Origin: Oceanispirochaeta sp.
Lineage (GTDB): Bacteria > Spirochaetota > Spirochaetia > DSM-2461
Assembly (NCBI GenBank): GCA_963666275.2
Contig: CAXXOA010000001.1
Location: 2,537,598 to 2,601,597, forward strand
Length of the DNA: 64,000 nt
Direction: 5' to 3'
Every line of letters begins with the position of its first letter. The stretch's first letter is position 1. The position numbers and the translations under genes were made by a program. The notes under the pieces are model-generated. The model had not been told where the DNA came from and did no database searches. It saw nothing but the letters and a program-made list of their open reading frames with translations. Below are positions 1 to 8,431 of the stretch, one piece after another.

Positions 1-570
1 CGCCAGCTGTATGGAGATCAGTTCATCCAGGTCCAGCGGATTCAGTCCCGTGTTCTGCCGTTCCAGCCCCAGCCGCAGGCCGTCGTTGATCGCAAACAGG
101 ATGCCCACCACCATTTCGGGGTCGGTCGATTTTTTCAGCTCCCCCCGGGCGATGGCCTGCCGGGTCAGCTCCACCTCCATCCGGTGGAATGTTCCCTCCA
201 GGGCATAGTAGCGTTTCTGGATATCCTCCAGAACCGGATTGGTGCAGATTCCCACAAAGAAATTGGGAGCATAGCGCTTATAGAAAAGGATGCAGAACCT
301 CAGGATATCCCTGTAAATTTCCATAATCGGTTTGTCCGCGCCCAGAATCCGTTCCATCTCAGTAGAAAAGTCCTGTTCCCATTTGTCATAGGAGGCGCTG
401 AAAAGTCCGTATTTATCCTGAAAATAGTAGTAAACCGGACGGCGTGTGATTCCCAGGGCATCACAGATATCGGTGAGATTGGTGGACTCGAATCCCTTGA
501 GGGCAAAAATTTCTATGGCCTTTTCAAGAATTTTCTTTTTGGTTGATACCTTTTCCGCCGGATCCGACAT
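1..570 (-). CDS. TetR/AcrR family transcriptional regulator (3' end outside the window)
   Basis: Not in the ORF track because there is no stop codon in the window. Manual translation from ATG at 570 gives MSDPAEKVSTKKKILEKAIEIFALKGFESTNLTDICDALGITRRPVYYYFQDKYGLF, a TetR N-terminal HTH. A GAGGGAG SD lies upstream. Confidence 0.9.
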   Translation of the reverse strand, partial: MSDPAEKVSTKKKILEKAIEIFALKGFESTNLTDICDALGITRRPVYYYFQDKYGLFSASYDKWEQDFSTEMERILGADKPIMEIYRDILRFCILFYKRYAPNFFVGICTNPVLEDIQKRYYALEGTFHRMEVELTRQAIARGELKKSTDPEMVVGILFAINDGLRLGLERQNTGLNPLDLDELISIQLA

Positions 571-679
571 TGTTTGAACTCCCTCTGTAAACCTGTATAC
601 CATTATATGGAAATTCAGGAGTTTGATAAGTTCCCCGGGATTTCCGGCCTGAAGTTTCAGACCGGAAAGGTTTTAAAAT

Positions 680-2086
680 CTACCGGGCGGCGGCGTTTCT
701 ACCGGCGATCCGGCCGAATGTCAGAGACATCTGGATGGATGTTCCGCTGGCGGGATACACTTTGTTGAAAAAGCTTCCATTGGCCACCTCACCTGCGGCA
801 TAAAGCCCGTGGATGGGATTACCGGCCTTGTCCAGAACCTGCGTATCAAGGTCTGTTCTGACTCCTGTCAGAGTTCCCAGTATGGCAGGGACGATTTTCA
901 GGGCGTAGTAGTCGGGTGTCTCCACTTTGGGAAGCCCTGTGAGAGATTTCCCGAACTCTGTATCTACTCCCTCTTCAATCATCCGGTTGTACCCGGCGAC
1001 AGTTTCCTTCAGCCCTGCAGGATCAATCCCTGTCAGTGCGGCCAGCTCATCCAGTGAGGAGGCCTTGAAGGCAGAGCCTTTTTCTACCGCTTTGTCCAGA
1101 GTGTCTACATAGGTGTTACCGTCGAAGATCATATAGGCCACCTTATCCTTCTGCTGAACCAGCTCTTCGTAGAAGAGAGGATAATCGATGGTTTCGTTGA
1201 CAAAACGTTTTCCCTGGAGGTTCACATTCAGATAGGGCATCCACATGAGCATGCAGATATCTGTGGTGTAGGCGGGCTCCCCTTCTACAGCGCGGAAACC
1301 GATCACCCCCCCGTGGGAGACCACATCCGCCCCCAGAGCTTCGGCCATGACAAGACCGTCGCCGCTGTTGCCCGAACCGGCAAAGGTCATCTGAGCTTCC
1401 GCCACAGGAGCATACCGGCTGATCAGTTCGGGGTTTCTGTCAAACCCGCCTGTGGCCAGCACAACCGCTCGGGCTTTATAGCGCAGATCCTCTCCCTCTT
1501 TGTCCCGGGCCAGAACGAAGCTGACCCTGTCGGCGTCCTTCTCAAGCCCTGTAACGGCGGTTCTTGTGAGGATTGTCACTCCCAGCTCTTCCGCCTTCTT
1601 CTTCATGGGATTGATCAGACCAGCCCCGTGGCTTGTGGATGTATGGGCCCTGAGAACAGGGCTGGTTCCGGCCACACCGGGACCGGTGAGTTCTACCCCC
1701 ATGTCCAGCAGCCAGTCGATGGTGGCTCCCGAACGCTCGGCCACAAAGGTCAGAAACTCTTTATCGTTCTGCCCTTCCGCCCTTTCGGACCAGTAGGCCA
1801 CCAGATTTTCCACGCTGTCTTCCACTCCCGCTTCCTTCTGCATCCGGGAGCCTGTGGCATAGACGATTCCCCCGGACAGGACGGTACTCCCCCCCAGCAT
1901 GGGCATTTTTTCGAGCAGGGCCACAGAAGCCCCCGCTTCTGCCGCTTCGATGGAAGCGGCCAGCCCGGCGGCCCCGCCTCCCACGACAATCACATCATAT
2001 GTACCGGCGATTTTTTCTTTTCCGCCGCAGGAAGCCAGCAGAAAAACCAGGGCTCCCGCCAGAATAATATACAGAGTCTTTTTCAT
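680..2086 (-). CDS. Flavocytochrome c / FAD_binding_2 family extracytoplasmic reductase, lipoprotein
   Basis: Lipobox LLAS-C, GGGAAG FAD motif, LEKMPMLGGST, ATGGF and GLYAAGE. Start moved to MKKTLY. Confidence 0.85.
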   Translation of the reverse strand: MKKTLYIILAGALVFLLASCGGKEKIAGTYDVIVVGGGAAGLAASIEAAEAGASVALLEKMPMLGGSTVLSGGIVYATGSRMQKEAGVEDSVENLVAYWSERAEGQNDKEFLTFVAERSGATIDWLLDMGVELTGPGVAGTSPVLRAHTSTSHGAGLINPMKKKAEELGVTILTRTAVTGLEKDADRVSFVLARDKEGEDLRYKARAVVLATGGFDRNPELISRYAPVAEAQMTFAGSGNSGDGLVMAEALGADVVSHGGVIGFRAVEGEPAYTTDICMLMWMPYLNVNLQGKRFVNETIDYPLFYEELVQQKDKVAYMIFDGNTYVDTLDKAVEKGSAFKASSLDELAALTGIDPAGLKETVAGYNRMIEEGVDTEFGKSLTGLPKVETPDYYALKIVPAILGTLTGVRTDLDTQVLDKAGNPIHGLYAAGEVANGSFFNKVYPASGTSIQMSLTFGRIAGRNAAAR

Positions 2087-2100
2087 TTCATTCATCCTTT

Positions 2101-2463
2101 TCACTGTTTTGCCTTCGCCGCTTTATCCAGAGCGGCATTGACAGCCTCCAGAATTCCGCCGGAAGTCACAGATGCGCCGCTCACAGAGTCTACTTCTGTG
2201 GACTGAGCTTCAATCACTGCCAGGGGGATCTCTTCCAGAGCAATATCGGACACCCCTTCGGTTTCGTGCTGTTCATCGATCCGGATCCGGGCGATTTTTC
2301 CCTTCTCGACAAGGACTGAAAGGGCGATGGTTCCGTGGACCCCTTCCCCTTCTCCCGCGTACCAGCCATCGGCCCAGGGAGAGCTGCCGCCGCATCCGGC
2401 CAGGGTCACTCCCAGCGCAAACAGGAAGGCCAGAACCGGAAACAGTTTCATTTTGTTCCTCAT
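2101..2463 (-). CDS. FMN-binding (FMN_bind) lipoprotein
   Basis: Lipobox LAG-C, DGWYAGEGEG...I.L.V.V, and the flavinylation motif VDSVSGASVTS. Start at MRNKMK after AGGAG. Confidence 0.9.
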   Translation of the reverse strand: MRNKMKLFPVLAFLFALGVTLAGCGGSSPWADGWYAGEGEGVHGTIALSVLVEKGKIARIRIDEQHETEGVSDIALEEIPLAVIEAQSTEVDSVSGASVTSGGILEAVNAALDKAAKAKQ

Positions 2464-2487
2464 TTTTACTTCTCCTGAAATTTCAAA

Positions 2488-2521
2488 TTGTACACACATG
2501 TACATGTACATGCGTGTACAA
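2488..2521. promoter_or_regulatory. 34-bp near-perfect palindrome, candidate TetR operator
   Basis: TTGTACACACATGTACATGTACATGCGTGTACAA is self-complementary except for one pair and lies just upstream of the FMN-binding gene. Confidence 0.7.
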
Positions 2522-2645
2522 TCTAGGGCAAAAAAAAGTTTTGCACAAGTATTTGAGGTTATTTTATAGATATTTTTTTAGCTAATTGACAAAAAATCCA
2601 TCCCGGGAGTCGATCAGAACCGGAAACAGCCCCTCCCCGGGGCCA

Positions 2646-3608
2646 TTATCCTCTCAGTAACTCCCAGGGATGGGCGATATCGCAGTATTCAAACCACTCA
2701 TTCCGGGCAATTTCATAGAGTTCCTGATGAACAAAGGAGAAATGTTTTCGGGCAAAAGCGCTGTTTTTCCACAGCTCCATCGCCACTCCCAGGCTGTTGG
2801 GCATCACAGGGGGGGCGGCTTTATCGGGATGATGATCCTCGCCAAAACCGGCGGAGAGCATACAGAGATAGGAACCCAGCACAAGGAAGGGCTCGGACCA
2901 GCTGTCGGCCTGCCGGAATACCACCGTATGAGTGGATTTTCTGTCATACCAGAGAAGGGCATTGACATCCCGGTCTGAGGAGATTCGGCAGTCACAGGGG
3001 ATATCCCACAGGGGTGTCACCTTTTTCGGTGTGATCCTTTTATAGCTGTTCACATGGCAGCAGGGAATGACTGCCAGTTCCCGGGACAAAGCGGCGGCCG
3101 CCCTTAAGCCGCGGTTCAGAGTCGGCAGGGGAAAATCCTTTTCAATCTCAAGGATGAACTCCAGCCCGTTCGGGGCCAGGCCGTCAATTTTCGGCGTAAA
3201 AAGAGGATAGAAACCCTCCTTTTCGGCAAGGGTAAAAAGGGAGGATTTCATTTTTTCCAGAGTCTCTATAAGTTCCCCGGGATGTTTACCCCGGATCATA
3301 AGGGTATGCTGCTTTAAATCATGATTATAGAGGAGCTCCCCTTCCTGCCCCGGAGAGAGGAAGCCCCGATCCAGAGCTTCCGCCGGGATGGCCCCTTCCA
3401 GGGGGGTTAGTTTCCGGAACGCCCACTCGGGAGAAGCAGAAAAATCCTCATCCCGAAAACAGTAGAAACCAGCCCGGACTTCCCAGGAGCGAACAGGACA
3501 GAGAGAGGCAAATCTGGAAACCTGATCTTCAAAAAAGCTCCGGATCTTTTCTCTGTCCAGTTCTCCTGTGATCCGATTGGCATTTTTATTATTGGAATTC
3601 TGTTTCAC
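2646..3608 (-). CDS. Degenerate glutamine synthetase-like protein (catalytic-domain homolog)
   Basis: LFTPKIDGLAPNG, VNSYKRITP, VFRQADSWSEPFL, MPNSLGVA and NEWFEYCDIAHPWELLR match GS motifs in order. Confidence 0.65.
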   Translation of the reverse strand: MKQNSNNKNANRITGELDREKIRSFFEDQVSRFASLCPVRSWEVRAGFYCFRDEDFSASPEWAFRKLTPLEGAIPAEALDRGFLSPGQEGELLYNHDLKQHTLMIRGKHPGELIETLEKMKSSLFTLAEKEGFYPLFTPKIDGLAPNGLEFILEIEKDFPLPTLNRGLRAAAALSRELAVIPCCHVNSYKRITPKKVTPLWDIPCDCRISSDRDVNALLWYDRKSTHTVVFRQADSWSEPFLVLGSYLCMLSAGFGEDHHPDKAAPPVMPNSLGVAMELWKNSAFARKHFSFVHQELYEIARNEWFEYCDIAHPWELLRG

Positions 3609-4028
3609 TCTGACGTCTCCTGATTTTCCCTATAGGAAATGTATTTTCTCAAAGACTGAAGCCTTAAGCCCGGCCGGGATCATCCCGGAAGGGAAAAAAA
3701 GTTTAAAAGGTAGAGATTGAAATGGTCCTGTAGGGGATTCTCAGTTCAGAAATGTCTCTGTACTCTTACAGGGTACGGATTTCCTTGGGGTAAGACAATT
3801 CTCCGGGAAATATTTTTCCTGCAGATTCCATCAGCATTCCACTATCTTATTTTCAGATAGTAACTTAGACTTCTACCCGCAGTATGAACCCTACATTTTT
3901 GAAGGATTCTTATCCCTTCTCTGCCTCTTGAGTTCGAGCCTCAGTGCCAGGACGCTTTCAGCAGGAACGGTCCAGGATAAGAGGGAACTCTCCCTTGCGG
4001 CCCGGGAGCCCCGGGATTAGAATGGATT

Positions 4029-4670
4029 ATGCACCGCAAAGACAATCAGCCAGACAAGAAAACCCTGGACTACTACAACAGCCATGCGGCCCGAGTCTTC
4101 CAGCTTTACAGTTCCATACCCAGCCCCCTGAAAGATCTTTTTTTAGAATTTCTCCCTCCCGGCGGGAGGATACTGGATATAGGATGCGCCGCCGGAAGAG
4201 AGCTGAATGCGCTGAGACAGGAGGGTTTTGAAGCCTATGGAATGGAAAGTTCCCGGGAACTTATCGATCAGTTACAGGAGAACTGCCCCGCCCTGAAGGA
4301 TTACGTATTCCCGGGGTATCTGCCCGAAGGGATACCGGAAGATATCCAGGGACGATCACCATGGGACGGCCTGGTCTGCTCTGCGGTCCTGCAGCATATC
4401 CGTGACAGCCAACTGGCTCCTTCTGCCGCCTCCCTCTCCCGGCTTCTTATCCCCCGGGGCCGGCTGATCCTGACGGTTCCCGGATCCTATCCACTGAAAA
4501 AGGATGATCGGGATGAACAGGAGAGGCTCTTCCGGATCCGTCCGGCTGAAGAGCTTATGACTCTTTTTGAAAACTGCCGGCTCGGCCTGCTGGAAAGGCG
4601 GGACAGCAGGGACTCTTTAAAGAGGGACGGGATAAGCTGGATGACCCTGATATTTGAGAAAGAGGGATAA
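4029..4670 (+). CDS. Class I SAM-dependent methyltransferase
   Basis: ILDIGCAAG motif I, CSAVLQHI and LIPRGRLIL. Confidence 0.9.
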   Translation: MHRKDNQPDKKTLDYYNSHAARVFQLYSSIPSPLKDLFLEFLPPGGRILDIGCAAGRELNALRQEGFEAYGMESSRELIDQLQENCPALKDYVFPGYLPEGIPEDIQGRSPWDGLVCSAVLQHIRDSQLAPSAASLSRLLIPRGRLILTVPGSYPLKKDDRDEQERLFRIRPAEELMTLFENCRLGLLERRDSRDSLKRDGISWMTLIFEKEG

Positions 4671-4702
4671 AATACAAGGAGAGATTCCTGGGGTTAAAAG
4701 CT

Positions 4703-5089
4703 GTGAAGGACCAACAGAAGGCACTGATAGAATACATAAAGGAACACTTTGTAGGCTGGCTGGAAGAGAAGAATGTCATCCCCTTTCCCCAGAGAAGCGG
4801 TCTCCTCGAGACGCAGCTTCTGGAACGGATGGTCCGGGTGGAAGAAGAGCTGAAACGGCAGAATGATAAATTCGCCCGGATTGATGAACGATTCGAACAT
4901 ATGAACGGAAAGTTCGATATGATGTTGGCTCACAGTGATAAAAGATTTGAAGCCCCGGACCGCCGATTTGAAACAATCGATCAGAGATTTGAAGAGATGG
5001 ACCGCCGTTTTAACAGGCAGTCCCTCTATCAGCTGGCCACATTCACAGCCATTGTGGGAAGCGCCGCAGCCATTTTGCTGCAGGGATAA
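4703..5089 (+). CDS. Coiled-coil repeat protein with C-terminal membrane anchor (Bdr/DUF1640-like)
   Basis: D.RFE heptad repeats and a hydrophobic C-terminus; paralog of 11750..12088. Confidence 0.7.
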   Translation: MKDQQKALIEYIKEHFVGWLEEKNVIPFPQRSGLLETQLLERMVRVEEELKRQNDKFARIDERFEHMNGKFDMMLAHSDKRFEAPDRRFETIDQRFEEMDRRFNRQSLYQLATFTAIVGSAAAILLQG

Positions 5090-5093
5090 AATC

Positions 5094-5813
5094 TCATCCC
5101 CTCTTTTTTATCTGCATAACATCGCTCTGAAAGGTCCGGCCGTCCAGAGCAATCAGGTCTGCCTCCTCCCGTAATGCGAAGGGTTGACCGATAAACCGGA
5201 GAAACTCCCCCACCTGTACAGAAGCCACCAGAGCGGCCGTATGGGGCATCACCGGTTTGGGAGGATTCTCCCTGCCGGCGAAATCGGAGCCCAGAAGATC
5301 GGCGTATCCGAAAGAGGGCGGGTTCAGAACCGCCGCCTGACCGTAATAGCCCGTCACGCCCCCGTGAACCAGCAGGCCCGGTCTGTTCTGTTCTTCCCAC
5401 ACCCTGACCAGAGCGGTTTCCAGCCCGGCCCTGGCGGAAAAGCTGTCCAGGCAGTCGAAGCAGATATCCGTTCCTCCCAGATGCTTTCCGGGGCGGTCAT
5501 TCCTGTTCAGTGCCTTTACCACAGGAACAATGGTAATATCCGGATGAATCGCCCTCAGCCTTTTCTCCGCTCTCTCGGCCTTGGGACGGCCCAGATCCTC
5601 CCTTGTGTAGAGGCTCTGCCGGTTCAGATCCGGTTCGTCCAGGATCCCCGGATCCCACACTTCCAGGCGGGTCACCCCCAGGCGGACCAGCAGATCCAGC
5701 ACATGAGACCCCAGTCCTCCCGCTCCGACAACCACAAAAGCGGCGTTTCTCACAAACTCCCACTGTTCATCGCTCAGAAGAGGCCGGTGTCTTGAAAAAT
5801 ATTCAGAATTCAT
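5094..5813 (-). CDS. HesA/MoeB/ThiF family adenylyltransferase
   Basis: VVGAGGLGS, DLNRQ and DCLDSF. Confidence 0.9.
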   Translation of the reverse strand: MNSEYFSRHRPLLSDEQWEFVRNAAFVVVGAGGLGSHVLDLLVRLGVTRLEVWDPGILDEPDLNRQSLYTREDLGRPKAERAEKRLRAIHPDITIVPVVKALNRNDRPGKHLGGTDICFDCLDSFSARAGLETALVRVWEEQNRPGLLVHGGVTGYYGQAAVLNPPSFGYADLLGSDFAGRENPPKPVMPHTAALVASVQVGEFLRFIGQPFALREEADLIALDGRTFQSDVMQIKKRG

Positions 5814-5819
5814 AGGCTC

Positions 5820-6044
5820 TCAGCCCCCCCCTACGGGAGGAAAGAGGGAAAGCGTATCATCCTCTGAAAGGGTATGGTCCAGAGGAACCCCCCGTCCGTT
5901 CACAAAAATAACGGCCACATCCTCTTCGGCGATCTCAAGCCTTTGCAGAACATCCCGGATTCCCGCCTGTTCACTCAGATCCATGATCTGCTCTTTTTCT
6001 CTGTTTTCCCTGAAGGTAGCAAATAGCTTTACCTTAACCTGCAC
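5820..6044 (-). CDS. MoaD/ThiS sulfur-carrier protein
   Basis: VKLFATFRE...FVNG...FPPVGGG with C-terminal GG. Confidence 0.92.
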   Translation of the reverse strand: MQVKVKLFATFRENREKEQIMDLSEQAGIRDVLQRLEIAEEDVAVIFVNGRGVPLDHTLSEDDTLSLFPPVGGG

Positions 6045-6067
6045 TGACTATCTCCTTACTCATTACT

Positions 6068-6397
6068 TTATTCTTTACTTTGTATTTTGAAATTGGCTTT
6101 ATTGCCGCCGTTTTTCCCGTAGAATCCGAAGGCGATCCTGTAGGGGCCGGGGCATCCCGGAGGAAGGAACGCCACCCTGTCTCCGGGATGTATAGTATAG
6201 TCTACAGCCTGGACAATACGGTTTACAAAAATCACTTCGATATCTTCCAGGGAGATCCCCAGTTTTCCCGCCAGTTCTATCCCCGTTAGAGGGTCCTCCA
6301 GAGGCATATGCACCGGGATTCCCCCGTATTTTTTCCGCAGGTATGCATCAAGTTTAAGGAATCCCCGGATCTCAATGGTCCTGTCTGTCTCTTCCAT
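6068..6397 (-). CDS. MoaD/ThiS-fold protein without terminal GG
   Basis: VIFVN...GDRVAFLPPG followed by an extension CPGPYR...; start MEETD after AGGAGG. Confidence 0.75.
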   Translation of the reverse strand: MEETDRTIEIRGFLKLDAYLRKKYGGIPVHMPLEDPLTGIELAGKLGISLEDIEVIFVNRIVQAVDYTIHPGDRVAFLPPGCPGPYRIAFGFYGKNGGNKANFKIQSKE

Positions 6398-6413
6398 AAG
6401 CTGCCTCCTGAGC

Positions 6414-6450
6414 AAAAAATCCCCGGAAAAGAGACACCTTTCCCGGGATT
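6414..6450 (-). terminator. Rho-independent terminator after the AOR gene
   Basis: Minus strand AATCCCGGGAAAG-loop-TTTTCCGGGGAT followed by a T run. Confidence 0.65.
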
Positions 6451-6472
6451 ATGGTCCGATTCAAATCAGATC

Positions 6473-8212
6473 TTAAAAGTTATAGACCTGATCGATCTCT
6501 TCGGGGGTAAAATCCCAGACCGTATTATGGGGAGCGATGGGCTCGTACTCCATAAACTCGGGCAGCCTGTCATGGGCATTGGTAAATCCGGCGCGTCTGT
6601 TGAAATCCCGTTCCACCTTGAGGACCGATTCGCCCAGTTTGTCCACATCTTCAGAGCTCAGGTTGATCCCGTACTGGGCATTGATCATATCGATCAGGGC
6701 CTGGTATCCCCCGGGATTATCGGCAATACCGAAGTAGACGAACAGGCACATCCCCGTACTGTCCACGGCGGCCGTACCGATCTGCATGGCCCGGGCGTAC
6801 TCGATCTGACCGTCTTTTTTCAGGGGATCCAGGTCGGCTCCCACTTTCAGGATATTTCCCGAGATACAGTAACCCGCCGTATGGTCCGCCCCCATGGGAG
6901 TGGTGGCGTAGGTCAGGCCGATTCCCTTGACTGAACGGGGATCGTAGGCCGGGATGGCCTGGTCTTTCACAACCGGAACCCTGTAGAGTCCGCAGGCTTT
7001 GCCCACGGCAGAGCATCCGCTGGCGATGATCCGTGCCAGAGGGGTGGGTTTGGCCATATCCTTGATGATTTCAAGAACCTGTTTGCCGTCTCCCCAGGGA
7101 ATCAGACCGCCCTCCATGGCTGTGGCTATGGCAACGGCGGTTTCAATACTGTCCACTCCCACATCGTCCATGGCCCGGTCGGCATAGGCAATGTCGTCCA
7201 GATCTTTGATTCCCGCATCGGCTCCCAGGCCCCAGATGGTTTCGTATTCGAATCCGCTGGTAATGTACTTCCCCTTTTTGTCGGCATACCACTGGGAACA
7301 GCGGATGATGCAGCCTTTATGACAGCCGTGGGAGACTTTCCCCTCGCCGCCCCGTTCGGTGATGGTGGCGTTGAGTGTTTCCCCGGAGATATTGTCGCTG
7401 TAGTCAATCTGGCCGGAGGTAAAGTTATGGGCAGGGAGCCCTCCCGCTTCGTTGAGGATATTCACAAGAACATCCGTACCATAGGCGGCCAGCCCCTGGC
7501 CTGCCACGGGGTGATCCATCAGGGCTTTGGCGAAAACTTTGGAAGCGGCTTTGAACTTTTCCGGATCCGCCACAGGAACTTTGGGGGCATCCGTGTCATC
7601 GATTACGATGGCCTTGACCTTCTTGGAACCCAGAACGGCCCCCAGCCCTCCCCGTCCGGCGCTGCGGATATTGCCGTCGGGATCCCGGAAAGATATATTG
7701 GCAGAGGCCAGGCGGTACTCCCCGGCCGGACCGGCCAGACCGATGCCCACTTTTGGCCCGTATTTTTCACTGAGCACTTCCATGGCTCTGTAGTTGCCGC
7801 ATCCCCCCAGGATCTCCTCGGGCGCTTTTTCGATGGTAACGCCCTTCATATCGACTTTGATGATATAAAATGTATCCTCTGCGGGCATTCCCTCTATGAC
7901 AAGGGCTTTGATTCCCATTTTCGCCATCTGCTGGGAGACCACGCCTCCTGTGTTGCACTCTTTGATGGTTCCCGTCAGGGGGCTTTTGGCTCCCACGGAA
8001 AGACGGCCCGAGTTGGGGGCGGTGGTGCCGCTCAGCAGGCCCGGAGCCAGGATCAGTTTGTTGTTTTTTCCCAGGGGATGACAGGATGGCTTGACCTCGT
8101 CATTGACAAAATTGGATGTCAGGGCTCTTCCGCCCAGTCCCAGATATTTTTCGGGAACCGCCTCTGTGACAGCCTCACCTGTGGTCATATTCACTCTGAT
8201 AAATTTGTTCAT
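6473..8212 (-). CDS. aor: Aldehyde:ferredoxin oxidoreductase (W/Mo-pterin AOR family)
   Basis: KSPLTG, AGRGGLGAVLGSKKVKAI, CHKGCIIRC...GMC 4Fe-4S cysteines, EYET, AYDPR and GADH. Confidence 0.95.
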   Translation of the reverse strand: MNKFIRVNMTTGEAVTEAVPEKYLGLGGRALTSNFVNDEVKPSCHPLGKNNKLILAPGLLSGTTAPNSGRLSVGAKSPLTGTIKECNTGGVVSQQMAKMGIKALVIEGMPAEDTFYIIKVDMKGVTIEKAPEEILGGCGNYRAMEVLSEKYGPKVGIGLAGPAGEYRLASANISFRDPDGNIRSAGRGGLGAVLGSKKVKAIVIDDTDAPKVPVADPEKFKAASKVFAKALMDHPVAGQGLAAYGTDVLVNILNEAGGLPAHNFTSGQIDYSDNISGETLNATITERGGEGKVSHGCHKGCIIRCSQWYADKKGKYITSGFEYETIWGLGADAGIKDLDDIAYADRAMDDVGVDSIETAVAIATAMEGGLIPWGDGKQVLEIIKDMAKPTPLARIIASGCSAVGKACGLYRVPVVKDQAIPAYDPRSVKGIGLTYATTPMGADHTAGYCISGNILKVGADLDPLKKDGQIEYARAMQIGTAAVDSTGMCLFVYFGIADNPGGYQALIDMINAQYGINLSSEDVDKLGESVLKVERDFNRRAGFTNAHDRLPEFMEYEPIAPHNTVWDFTPEEIDQVYNF

Positions 8213-8295
8213 CTCTGTTCTCCCTTTGAGGTGTTCACCATTGCCGGTGTTTTAAAATGATACATAGAAATCCTCCTTTTCCTGTTCTTACTGAA

Positions 8296-8312
8296 TGCAA
8301 GAAACAGGCCAA
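8296..8312 (-). promoter_or_regulatory. sigma54 (-24/-12) promoter of aor
   Basis: Minus strand TTGGCCTGTTTCTTGCA has GG-N10-GC spacing, about 85 bp upstream of aor and next to a sigma54 activator gene. Confidence 0.8.
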
Positions 8313-8364
8313 TAGAGGAAAAGGGGTAAAATAGCCTTTTACAGGGAATTCAGAGAAAGAGAGA

Positions 8365-8424
8365 GTGTTCCGTTGCTCCACAATGGAACACTCTGTTCCC
8401 GGAGGGGTGTTCCATTATGGAGCA
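8365..8424. promoter_or_regulatory. Upstream activator sequences for the sigma54 activator
   Basis: TGCTCCACAATGGAACAC (8374-8391) and GTGTTCCATTATGGAGCA (8407-8424) are 17/18 inverted copies, each a TG[C/T]TCC-N4-GGA[A/G]CA-type dyad. Confidence 0.65.
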
Positions 8425-8431
8425 GTCTATG

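Noticed and set aside
3907..3983. SAM-I riboswitch
   Set aside because: Only the P1-like CTTATC/GATAAG helix matches. The conserved AGAG, kink-turn and GCAACC/GTGC elements are absent, so it is kept only as a generic structured-RNA candidate.
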